A program made the position numbers and the translations under genes. A model generated the notes under the pieces. That model was given only the letters and a program-made list of their open reading frames with translations. It was not told the origin of the DNA and searched no databases. A DNA stretch of 32,000 nt, taken from positions 840,001-872,000 of the forward strand of contig OZ246420.1 of NCBI GenBank assembly GCA_965231145.1. The letters are read 5' to 3'. This document shows positions 8,935 through 19,729 of the stretch, in pieces; the first letter of the stretch is position 1, and each line of letters starts with the position of its first letter. The stretch comes from Candidatus Saccharimonadota bacterium (lineage in GTDB: Bacteria; Patescibacteriota; Gracilibacteria; Absconditabacterales; Absconditicoccaceae).

Positions 8935-9231
8935 ATGAAAAAAATATTATACATTACTGCAGCTATTCTTATACTGGGATGGTGGATTAGCATTACCCAA
9001 TATAAGCCAGGACGAGCTATTAACATCATGCTATATCTCGGATTATTATCGCTCTTTCTGGGCATATTTGACACCTGGCGACGCTTTTTTGGAGCGATTG
9101 GTGTCTCTGCCCTAATCATAGCAGCTATATTATTTGGAGAGTGGGGTTCTTTTGCTTCTATCGGTGTAGCTATTGTAGCATTTGTTCTACTAGCAAGGAC
9201 AGCGCACAATAAACATATATATACCAGTTAA
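8935..9231 (+). CDS. Small integral membrane protein (98 aa)
   Basis: Intact ORF ending in TAA. Three or four hydrophobic spans are visible (ILYITAAILILGWWI, IMLYLGLLSLFLGIF, AIGVSALIIAAILF, ASIGVAIVAFVLLA). Confidence 0.75.
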   Translation: MKKILYITAAILILGWWISITQYKPGRAINIMLYLGLLSLFLGIFDTWRRFFGAIGVSALIIAAILFGEWGSFASIGVAIVAFVLLARTAHNKHIYTS

Positions 9232-9282
9232 ATAGCTCCAATACACATGTTATATCTTAGAGAGTATATGCTCCCTAAGATT

Positions 9283-9320
9283 TTTTTTATAAAGAAAAAC
9301 CACCCTTTTATTCAGGTGGT
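9283..9320 (-). terminator. Intrinsic terminator of the giant gene
   Basis: On the - strand: ACCACC-10-nt loop-GGTGGT followed by TTTTTCTTTATAAAAAA, starting 17 nt after the TAA at 9337-9339. It may also act on the convergent + gene. Confidence 0.6.
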
Positions 9321-9336
9321 TTTCACTATTTTTCTA

Positions 9337-12300
9337 TTATCTATTTTCTTTCTCTAGTTTCTGTGCGAGTCTGTACAGAGTGAGGAATGGTACGAACCTC
9401 TGCGCTTTCACCATCGGCTCTTTTCTGTTGATCAGTCATTCCTTATACAACTGCTCCATATGATACTCGTAGAATGGATGTTCTTCACTTTCTACGTTCG
9501 TCTGCTCGTACGTTTTACCATACAGCATTCTTGAAAGCACAGTCATATATTCTCCTCTCGTCAGTATATCATTTGGTCTTGTCATATTCATCAGTCAGAG
9601 CTGACATGCCTGGATCATATATGCTGCTAGTCCGTCTGGATCTTCTCCTGTAAACGTACATTGCTTACTCTTATCTGGCAGCTTGCCCATAATATTTTTT
9701 GCAAACTCTCCCATGATCTTCGCAAGCTGCGCTCTCGTGATCTGATCGTAGTAACGTGCCTGCATGAATGTAGGCATCGTCGTTGACCCAATAGCACGAT
9801 TGAAGCAGTATGATTGATGCTCTTCTCCATTTTGTGTTGTACATTTGTTCAACGCGAGGCGAAGTATACCATCTTCAAGATTCGGAAGACCTATGCTACT
9901 ACATGTTCCATCATAATAACTCAGTGAGTAATCTCCGTTTGGACACACATCCTTCGTCAGATACACTCATCCTCCTCCTCATGCAGATTGTACCGATGGA
10001 GTTGTGGCTAATGGCACTCCAAAAATCGTGAAGTTTGAAAAGTGCGTTGTGTCACATGTTACCGTCTTCGCTATCGTATCTACTGAACAATTATCCAGCT
10101 CTGACCAGCTTGTTCCATTGTGACTATAGATCTTCAACGTACTTTCATCTACTCCATCCACATCCTGATCGCGATAACTTAACGTCATCGTCAATCATGT
10201 CGTGAAGGTTGTTATACGCTCTACGTCACCGCTATATGCCTGTAAATCATAGAGTGCTGAGACTTGGATTAACGATGGATCTGGTTTACCAAGTGAGGTT
10301 ATTACAACTCCTCCGTCCAATTGTTTCCCTTGGAAGATAAGGGTAGGCGCTATTGTTATTATGTCCTCAGGTATGATTAAGTCTAACGTCGTTCCCAATG
10401 TTGACGTCATAGAGAACACTCATCCTACTGACACTTCTACAATCTCTTCTTCTTGGGTAAGAATCGTCGCATTGTTCGTACATCCTAGCGTCGTAAACGT
10501 CCCATTGCTTCACGTATAACGATACCCTTCATCATCTCAACCTATAAGTCTATAATTATACGTCGTACATGTCAGCAATCACTGGAGATTTCCACTATGG
10601 AAGGTCACACGTGTTGAGGTATCTGTCTCCGTATTTTGTAATGTATATCAGGTCGTAATACTATACTGGATCTGTGTAGAAGATTCGTTTGTCGTCGACC
10701 AGTTCAATATCATACTTGTTGTTGATGGAATATCTGCCACTCCATAAGCAAACAACTCCGCTGGCGTAACACTCACCGAATCACCGGATCCTTCACCATT
10801 TCCATTCACTGCTGACACACTCACTGTATATGGTACTCCGTTCTGCAGTCCCGTGAGCCTTATCGGGCTATTCGCTCCTGTCTTTATGAGAGCACCTGTC
10901 GATGATCTAATCATATAGTAATCTATCAGCAATCCTCCGTTATCTGTAGGACTACCAAAGCTTATCAATGCTGATCCACTTCATCACACTGCTGTGATAC
11001 TTGTCGGCTCGCTCGGGATAGTCGTTGGCGTCGTGACCGTAAATGTTACCCCTCCGCTCGCTCATTCTCACTGCGCATTCACTGCTGAAATATAATAAGT
11101 ATATGTCTCCCAGTTCGTCAGTCAGCTTACTGTTAGCGGCGCATTGGTCCCCGTTGTTACCAACTGTCCAGTAGACGATCTCAGCACGTAATATAACAAG
11201 GTTGAACCTCCGCTATACACTGGTGCATCAAAATCAAATGTCGCTTCTCCTAACGTTCCTGCTCCCTGGATATTCTGCGGTACTCCAGGCACCGTCACCG
11301 GTATCACACTATTTGATGCGCTACTTGTTGTTCCCGTTCAGATAGCGTTTCTCGCTCTGACTGTAAAAGTGTATGAGACACCATTGGTCAATCCTGAGAT
11401 AGTGATCGGACTTCCGCTTCCTGTGACACTGATGTTTCCTGGATTTGATGTCACGACGTAATAAAGAATTGTTGATCCTCCGTTATCTGTTGACCCACTG
11501 AACGCTACTACCGCTTGTCCACTACTCGCTGTCGCTGCTACATTCGTCGGTGCATTCGCAACTGTCGCAGGAACTACTGCGTTTGAGGCGCTACTCGACG
11601 TTCCCGTTCCGGCTCCATTATATGCTGCTACCGTAAATGTGTAGCTCACTCCGTTCGTCAATCACGTTACCGTGATTGGACTTCCTGTTCAAGTTGTAAC
11701 TATATTACCAGTACTTGATGTTACGATATAATAAAGAATTCCTGTGCCTCCGTTATTTGTCGATCAGCTAAATCTTATCGTTGCCTGCTGATTACCTCCC
11801 GTTGCTACCAGATTTGTCGGCGCATTCGCTGTAGTGATCGGCACGACGGCATTTGATGCACTACTTGCTGTTCCCGTTCCGATCGCATTGTATGCAGATA
11901 CTGTAAATGTGTATGTTGTTCCATTCGTTAAACCTGGTACCGTAATTGGACTATTTGTTCATGTTACTACTATATTACCTGTACTCGATGTCACGATGTA
12001 ATACATGATCGCAGATCCTCCATCATCCGTTGAGCCGCTGAACGAGATGATTGCTTGTCCGCTGCTTGCTGTCGCTGCCACATTCGTCGGTGCATTTGCA
12101 ACTGTTGCAGGAACCACTACGTTTGATGAGCTACTTGCGTCTCCTGAACCTACTCTATTTCTTGCGATAACAGTAAACGTATAACTTACTCCATTCATCA
12201 ATCACGTTACCGTGATCGGACTTCCAGTCCCGACAAATGAGATGTTTCCCGTGCTTGATGTCACAACATAATCCACAATTCCCGTTCCTCCGTTACTTGC

Positions 12301-15300
12301 AGGTGCCGTAAATGAGATAGTAGCTTGTGTGTTTCATCATGTCGCACTCACACTCGTTGGCACTCATGGTAATGTCACAGGTACCACTCCATTTGACGCA
12401 CTACTTGCCGTTCCCGTTCCTACTGTAGTATAGGCAGAAACCGAGAACGTATAACTCGTTCCGTTCGTCAGTCACGTTACCGTGATCGGACTTCATGTTC
12501 ATGTAAAACTAATGTTTCACGGTGATGATGTGACTATGTAATACAGAATCGCAGACCCTCCACTATACGTTGAGCCGCTAAATGCTACCACCGCCTGGCC
12601 GCTACCCGCAACTGCTGCAACATTCGTCGGTGCGTTTGCTACACTCACAGGCACAACTGCGTTTGATGGCGCGCTTGTTGCTCCAGTTCACAATACGTTA
12701 TAAGCTGCTACAGTAAACGTATAGCTTACGCCATTTGTTAAACCCGTCACCGTTATCGGACTTCATGTTCATGTCGTAACAATGTTACCCGTGCTTGATG
12801 TAACAATATAGTAGAGAATATTTGATCATCAACTATATGTTGACCCACTAAATGAAACAACTGCTTGTCAGCTACTTGCGGTTGCATTAATACTTGTCGG
12901 CGCGTTTGGCACAGTCGCGGGGATTACTGCGTTTGACCCACTACTTGCCGCTCCAGTTCCGACAGCATTATACGCTGCTACTGCGAATGTGTAACTCACT
13001 CCGTTCGTCAGTCACGTTACTGTGATCGGACTTCACGTTCATGTAAAGCTTATATTTCACGGTGATGATGTCACAATATAATACAAGATCTCTGATCCTC
13101 CACTATTTGTGGAACCACTGAATGACACGGTTGCTTGTCCACTACTGGATGTCGCTACTACGTTCGTCGGTGCGTTCGGCGTTGTCGCGGGGATTACTGC
13201 GTTTGACCCACTACTTGCCGCTCCAGTTCCGACAGCATTATACGCTGCTACTGCGAATGTGTAACTCACTCCGTTCGTCAGTCACGTTACCGTGATCGGA
13301 CTTCATGTTCATGTAAAGCTTATATTTCACGGTGATGATGTTACAATATAATACAGGATGGTAGATCATCCGTTATCTGTTGACCCACTGAACGCTACTA
13401 CCGCTTGTCCACTACTCGCTGTCGCTGCTACATTCGTCGGTGCATTCGCAACTGTCGCAGGAACTACTGCGTTTGAGGCGCTACTCGACGTTCCCGTTCC
13501 GGCTCCATTATATGCTGCTACCGTAAATGTGTAGCTCACTCCGTTCGTCAAAGCTGGTACTGTAATTGGACTATTTGTTCCTGTCACTACAATATTTCAC
13601 GTGTTTGACCTCACGATATAATAAAGGATTTCTGAACCTCCTGAATATGTCGATCCACTAAATGAAACAACCGCTTGTCCACTACTTGCTGTCGCCGCCA
13701 CGTTTGTCGGTGCGTTCGGTGTTGTCGCTGGGATTACTGCATTTGAGGCACTACTTGCTGCTCCGGTATTTACACGATTTTTTGCAGCAACAGTAAATGT
13801 ATATGAAATACCATTGGTCAATCACGTTATCGTGATGGGACTTCCAGTCCCCGTAAATGATATGTTTCAAGGACTTGATGTCGCGATGTAATACACGATA
13901 CCTGTTCACCCATCATCAGTAGAACCACTAAACGACACAACAGCCTGGCCGCTACTTGCAACTGCTGTTACGTTCGTTGGGGCATTTGGATAACCCGCTT
14001 CTGGAATAATATCTTCCTCAAAGGTTACCGACCAATTGTACAAAGGTAGTCCTGTACTATCAATTGATGGCGAAACACTAGTATCACTATCACGAATATT
14101 TCCTCATACAAACAATCCTGAAGTAGCGTTTCCACATGCTCCGTATGATGCCGCTGGTCCTTTTGGACAAGACCACGCATAACGTAGCTTCTGGTCTGTC
14201 CCATTTGCAGCACCGCTAAGGATAATTTTTACTTGTGTATTTCCGCTTGCCAATGATACTCAACTAATAGTAGTTGTTGTTCCTCCACTCTGTACAAATT
14301 CAAAACCATAATTTGCACGTTGTGCGACACTTCATGTGTCAATATTTAATGTACCTACTGGGATATTATAAGATACCGTAACAACATTACCCGACTTTGT
14401 AACAGCCGTCGGCATAAGTGGATTCCACGTTTCTCAGTTGAGGACAACCTTATCTATCACTTTAGCGAACATTTCACCCATATATTTTGATCCGGTATTG
14501 GTAAGGTGAATATTATCAGTAGAATAAGCATAGGAATATTTAGGCCCTACAAGAATAATCTTTCCAGGGTTTTGTTTATGCGCCAAAAACTGGCTCACTG
14601 CTACCCCTCACGTCCACGCTGTATTCACCTGATTTATAAACATCGGAAAAACAACTCACGATGTTCACATATACGTATTTACATCATTTTGATAATCGTT
14701 TTGCCATTCCTCAAGATATCATTTATATTGAGTATAGTTCCCTGCTACCGCATCATGTTCTCCATGAACTATCGTCACGCCGATAGGTCTATATATACCT
14801 GACGACGCTTCTACAAGCGCTTTTACTCAAGTAAGCTGTAAAAGTCACTTCTGGTATGGTGCTGTTCATTTTTTCAAATCAGAATAATACGTCGCGGAAA
14901 GCCCATGAAGTGAAACCACGACGCGACGTGAATTTTCATCGTAAGCATATAAACTATTAGCCAGACCTGCAGAAGGAGTTTCTATAGTAGTTTCAACAAG
15001 TGGAATCAAAGGTCACATGGTGCCCTGTACTCCTCATGACAGAGAAAAGTTACTATATGGCTGAGTTGTGGAAATAACTGGCGAAGCAGTGAGCCCCACA
15101 GATAGACTCTGTCAGTTAGAAAGAACATGAAGATACGTAAAAACAGCCACGGGCATAGATGTGATAACCGATGAAGCATCTCATACTCACAGAGAATTAA
15201 TAGCACTTATACGGAAATCATAACCCAATCCATTTATGAGTCCGGTCACCGTCGCGCTCTTGAGAGAGCTGACTCCATCAGAAAAAACATTTCGCGTAGA

Positions 15301-17112
15301 TCATGTATGAAACTTATATTCTATCTGGTAATCAGTAATAGTAGGAGATACTCAGAGAATATTTCGGGACAAAGAAACGGATCCACTTCATGGATCAACA
15401 CTCACACTATATGGTGCGCCAGGAAGAGTTGATGCTATACCTAAGTTTCCATCATATACTGAATAGACTTCTGTGGCGTTGAGTGCTGCATCCCACATTT
15501 GCACATCATCCATAAATCATGACCAATTATAAATGGTGTTGATTGTGTTGAGGGCTCAGATAAGAGTACCCGTACTAGGCCAATGAGGCACAACTCCCGT
15601 TCAAACAGCCATCAATAAACCATTTTGATACAGACTATATCTTTTAGTAACTACATCAAAAGTTGCGGCAACATGTACCCATTGTCCAGTTGGAAAAACA
15701 GAAGAAACGGTAACCATCCTCTGTGTTGCGGCTCATCCAGAAAAATGACCTATAGAAAGAGCTCCTCCATTGACATCAAAATAATTTGAATAAGCTCCAT
15801 ATGATGGACCATGGGACATTATATTACGAAAATTCATAAGCGTACCTGGAGTTGCATAAACTCGGGCAGCTTTTGTGAAGCTAGCTGGCAAAGGAGTACG
15901 GACGCCAATATAACTTGTTGATCCATTGAACTTGGCGACATTTCAACGAGTACCGTCAGATACTATCGTTACGGCATTATTTTGTCAGTTATTGTTATAA
16001 GACGATGAATCGTTAAAGTCTCACTCAAATAGAAAGGTAAATTTCGGTTCGGGAATGTCAGGGTAAGCTGCCGTACCCGACAATACCTTACTTGGTACGC
16101 CCACTCAACTTCAGTTAACTGCGGAAACCCTGACATCATAGGTCATATCTGGAATCAGTCATGTAAGAAAGGTAGAGACTCCCGTACTTACTCCATCAGA
16201 AAAGACATCCCACACAGATCATGTGTGAAACTTGTATTCTATCTGATAGTCTGTGACTTCAGGAGTGGCAGCGACTCCTGACCAGTTAAGCCTCATTCCT
16301 CCGCTAAGAAGGGAGTAGATAGCGAATTTGGTTGGGAAAGTCGGAATATCCGGATATAGTCCTCCATTATTTTGAACCATAACCTCAGCTATCTGTGACT
16401 CACTCAATACACTATCCCACAACTGTACATCATCTATCCATCCACTCCAATTATATGCATGAGAAAAACCTCCTATCGACTGTATCGTACTTGCTGGAGA
16501 AGATGTTGTCCCGGTTCCCACTGCAATCAATACTCCGCTCTGATAAAGTCTATATTCTTTATTTACTCAATTATAAGTTACAGCGACATGCACCCACTGA
16601 CCGGTTACAAATCCAGTATTACTCCATACTGCATTCGTAACAGATGAATTTGTTGGCGGTCATGCTTTCAATCATAAAACACTACTTCCTCCATTTATAG
16701 ATGCAACAGTAAAAGTGTCACTATTCAATGTCGCGGTCCCCCCATCAGAAAGGATACTATACAAACCGCCTGCTGAAGCCTGAAATTTTACCCATGCTGC
16801 TTTCGTATAGCTAGAGGGCAATGTATTAATCACACGCACCTGTGCTCCACTTCCTGTTACAGCACCACGGAGCTGGAGTACCTTTCCGCGTTCCGCATCA
16901 TTTATGATAGTCGCGGTTGCTCCTGGCAGCGTATCTTTGTCATTACTTGAATGATCCAAAAAATCGCCATTGAATGTTATCAGATAGCTTGGTGTTGGAA
17001 CGGCGGCGTATACTTTATCGGGCATACCCGGAACAAACAATGAGAGCAATGCATACAAGAAAAAAACGCTAAGAATGGATATTTTGAATCCTTTTTGCGT
17101 CATCAGTGCCAT
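9337..17112 (-). CDS. Giant secreted multidomain surface protein (2,591 codons, table 25)
   Basis: I scanned every codon of this frame from 17112 to 9337. There is no TAA/TAG and roughly 80 in-frame TGAs by hand count, and all twelve track fragments in this frame join. Order from the N-terminus: signal peptide, LamG-like domain (WSGWIDDVQLWDSVLSESQIAEVM), FN3, second LamG-like domain (NWS-G-FMDDVQMWDAALNATEV) and FN3. Then comes an SGNH/sialate-O-acetylesterase-like domain (LSN-G-QSLSVG ... VHGEHDAVAG ... DNIHLTNTG). It ends with twelve tandem FN3 units, beta-sandwich domains (HFSNFTIFG), a GGGGG linker and an SLH-like tail (ITRAQLAKIMGEF, LTRGEYMTVLSRML). The start could alternatively be 17103 or 17154. 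Confidence 0.85.
10753..13992 (-). repeat. Tandem array of twelve 270-nt (90-aa) FN3-type coding repeats inside the giant gene
   Basis: The 270-nt period is seen in the recurring ccgttcgtca(g/a)tcacgttac motif at 11651, 12191 (variant), 12461, 13001 and 13271. Consensus unit: APTNVAATASSGQAVVSFSGSTxxGGSxILYYIVTSSPGNIxxTGxxSPITVTGLTNGVSYTFTVAAYNxxGTGxxSSxSNAVxPAT. Confidence 0.9.
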
Positions 17113-17336
17113 TACTCTACTGAAAAATGCATATCATGGAATTTTATTAAACATAGTTTTAAGAAAACATAATCTAAATCAATTGATCACTTATACACTT
17201 TCTAGCATATATTACAAGATTATAACCTATTTACATTAACCAAAAACATGATTTGTTTATACATGCAAAAGTTAAGATTCTTACACAAGAAAAGCACTTT
17301 TACACTAACTTACTTAAAGTATTTTATTATCCTTAG

Positions 17337-17372
17337 TTTTTTATAAAGAAAAACCACCCGAAAGACGGGCAG
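17337..17372 (-). terminator. Intrinsic terminator after the lipoprotein gene
   Basis: On the - strand: CCCG-tcttt-CGGG followed by TGGTTTTTCTTTATAAAAAA. The 23-nt tail is identical to that of the terminator at 9283-9305. Confidence 0.5.
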
Positions 17373-17820
17373 TTTTATTTCATATTCATATAATACATCA
17401 GAAGCCTCCTCGATATTCGGGACGACGACGGATATGAACTTTATGCGTAGGCGCATTTTTTTCAAATACCTGTTCAATTTCTAAAGAGAATGTTCCTGAG
17501 CTATCAGAACTAATCCAGTGCTTATTGACCACCACTTCAGTAGTTCCTATAGACAAGGTATCAGACCGGTAGTAGGCAGTATCAGTTATCTTCTCATTAT
17601 TCTCACTGAAATATTTTTCAGAACAATGCGTAGAGCAATACAGTTTTCCTTGTTTCCAGCTTGTATCTCTTGTTGGACATTTTATCTCTTCTTTCACCAA
17701 TTTTTGATGTTGATTGGATGCCTCTCTTATGTCTGGTAAAGAACCATCATTACATGAACTTATGCCGAAGGCGGCCATTAGGATCAACATGATAAAAAGG
17801 ATGTGTTTTATTTTTTTCAT
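17341..17820 (-). CDS. Putative lipoprotein (159 aa under table 25; 140 aa if the TGA at 17398 terminates)
   Basis: MKKIKHILFIMLILMAAFGISSC gives a signal peptide plus lipobox Cys. There is no TGA in the first 140 codons. The TGA at 17398-17400 is followed by 19 more codons (GCIIGIGNKTARLSGGFSL) to TAA 17341-17343, running through the terminator hairpin. Confidence 0.7.
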
Positions 17821-17859
17821 AAAAGTTGTTTTATATTTTTCGTGAATAATAATTTCTGT

Positions 17860-17890
17860 AAAAAAATAGTCCCGTGTTATAGCACAGGAC
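17860..17890 (-). terminator. Intrinsic terminator
   Basis: On the - strand: GTCCTGTG-ctataa-CACGGGAC (one mismatch) followed by TATTTTTTT, 30 nt after the TAG at 17920. Confidence 0.7.
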
Positions 17891-17919
17891 CGATGGTGAA
17901 CAAATACGTTTTCTTTTTA

Positions 17920-18789
17920 CTATAAGCTTATAAGTGTATAGAGGCTTGCTCCGTTATTTTCGTATGTATACGCGAGGGCAAGGATGCCTTTTACATATTT
18001 CATACTAAAGGTTTTAGAGAAACCACTTCCCCATCGCACAATGGTGCTTGTCTTACGATCATAGCCAAAGTCTGTGAAAAGATAGACAGAACGTTTTCGA
18101 CTAATAAGCAGACTAGAGAAGTCTCCAATAGCATCAGTTTTCACAAATGCAGTATTGAAAAGACTTTTACCACTATATGTTATAGCACCACATGTGACAT
18201 TGGTTGCCGTCTGATAATAGCCGCTTAACTGTATACGACGAATCGTCGTAGTTACTTGGTACTCAGACATATTATCCCGCACAGATATACCAGCACCAAA
18301 GAGTGTTTTCGCATTGGGAATATACTTTAGATTGCAGGTATATCCAACGCCTGGTAAACGCGCCTGCGTCCAGGTTTCAAATTGCCCGTACTGAGATACG
18401 GGAAACGGACGATGCTGTTGAGCAACAAGAGTCGACCCCTTACCCGCTTCGATAGCAATTTTCTTCAATGGACGATACTGTAACCACATGGCATGAATAC
18501 CAAATGAGGATCCTGTTACGGCCTCATACTCTCCTACTGCAAAGGTCTTGAGCGTCAGTTTTGTACCCATATGCCACAGAGCAGAAGCCCCGAAGCGGAA
18601 TGAGGCAAATGCTGTGCTAGTGTCCTTACCACACAAATAGGCTGAGCCTGCTAACGTCCCGGCATACACTTTGTCTATAACGACAGTGCTGTCAGACGTG
18701 GCGGCAACGCCTGATATTTGTGCATATGATGTAACTGTAAATACTATCATGGTAATAACGCCTACCACTGCGATGATATGTTTTTTCAT
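17920..18789 (-). CDS. Secreted protein with porin-like beta-barrel sequence pattern (289 aa)
   Basis: Intact ORF ending in TAG. It has a signal peptide (MKKHIIAVVGVITMIVFTVTSYAQ). Many short alternating hydrophobic/polar strands follow (LTLKTFAVGEYEA, FGIHAMWLQY, GYTCNLKYI, IQLSGYYQ, VYLFTDFGYD, GILALAYTYE). By my count it has 26 glycines, none encoded by TGA. Confidence 0.75.
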   Translation of the reverse strand: MKKHIIAVVGVITMIVFTVTSYAQISGVAATSDSTVVIDKVYAGTLAGSAYLCGKDTSTAFASFRFGASALWHMGTKLTLKTFAVGEYEAVTGSSFGIHAMWLQYRPLKKIAIEAGKGSTLVAQQHRPFPVSQYGQFETWTQARLPGVGYTCNLKYIPNAKTLFGAGISVRDNMSEYQVTTTIRRIQLSGYYQTATNVTCGAITYSGKSLFNTAFVKTDAIGDFSSLLISRKRSVYLFTDFGYDRKTSTIVRWGSGFSKTFSMKYVKGILALAYTYENNGASLYTLISL

Positions 18790-18865
18790 ATAGTTGTTTT
18801 ATGTTTTGTTTATACCGCATACTCTATTGCTAACAACAAATATGTCAACAATGTATGTGATAATT

Positions 18866-18888
18866 CTGTTGTTTGACTCAACCAACAG
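18866..18888. promoter_or_regulatory. 23-bp near-perfect palindrome in the divergent promoter region (candidate operator)
   Basis: CTGTTGtTTGAcTCAAcCAACAG matches its own reverse complement at 20 of 23 positions. It lies 90 nt upstream of the TrmB-like start. Confidence 0.35.
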
Positions 18889-18977
18889 CTACTATAATAA
18901 GGGAAATTTGCGGTAATAGCAGATTATCCATATAATTGTAGAGTAAAGCCAATTATCCGAAATTTATCTTTTCCCAA

Positions 18978-19727
18978 ATGACTATGGAATCCTTGTTACT
19001 CACTCTCCAACAGTACTGACTTTCAGAGAAAGAAGCGAAAGTCTATCTCACTACCCTGCAGCTTGGCTCTGCACCTGGAAGTTCTATCGCCAGAAATAGT
19101 GGTGAAAATAGAGCAACAGTCTATACTGTGCTTAAAGAGCTTCAGAAGAAGTGAATCGCCAATGAAGTCAAGAAAGGTAATATGACCTATTTTTCCGTGA
19201 TAACGCCTGAGCTCCTGCTCAGGGAACTCGAAGATAAGTACACGAGCTTTAAGGAGAAGCTTCCGGAATTTCTTGTGCTAGCTGAGAAATTTGGAAATAA
19301 ACCAAAGGTACAGTTTTTTGAAGGCATCGAAGGCGTAAAAAAAATGTATGAAGATTTGCTTACATCAAAAACAGAAATCTTATCGTTTCTTGGAATCGAA
19401 CATAGCAATAAAGAACTGATTCACTATCTGAGCAGAGATTTTCTTGTTCGTCGTATTAAAAGTGACATCCACGCAAAGGTGATCCTGTCGGATACACCGG
19501 CAAACCAAAGATACGCCGGTATCGATGAAAAAGCGAAGAAACAATCGATCCTTATCCAAAAGAACTGATTCACTCTTGAGTGAGAGATAAATATCTACTG
19601 ACCAAACAAGATCAGCATAGCGCTTATGAATGACCATGAGATGTCTGGTCTTATCATCTCCAGCGAACAGCTGTATAACACATGTAAAAATATTTTTGAT
19701 TTAGTCTGGTCTCAAAATAACAAGTAG
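18978..19727 (+). CDS. TrmB-family HTH transcriptional regulator (249 aa, table 25)
   Basis: The N-terminus reads LLTLQQY-G-LSEKEAKVYLTTLQLGSAPGSSIARNSGENRATVYTVLKELQKK-G-IANEV, the TrmB-type wHTH pattern. TGA supplies the two marked glycines (the first at 19017-19019). There are five in-frame TGAs, and the gene ends at TAG 19725-19727. Confidence 0.85.
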
Positions 19728-19729
19728 GC

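Noticed and set aside
10753-13992. Regular 270-nt periodic repeats that might be taken for a CRISPR array or satellite.
   Set aside because: The period is far longer than a CRISPR repeat-spacer unit. There are no short conserved repeats alternating with unique spacers, and the whole array is one open reading frame encoding FN3 domains.
14025-16647. Track ORFs 14025..14213, 14506..14802, 15006..15206, 16395..16640 and 16459..16647 inside the giant locus.
   Set aside because: They are off-frame or antisense to the 7.8-kb frame that is free of TAA/TAG and encodes recognisable domains. Their products are low-complexity.
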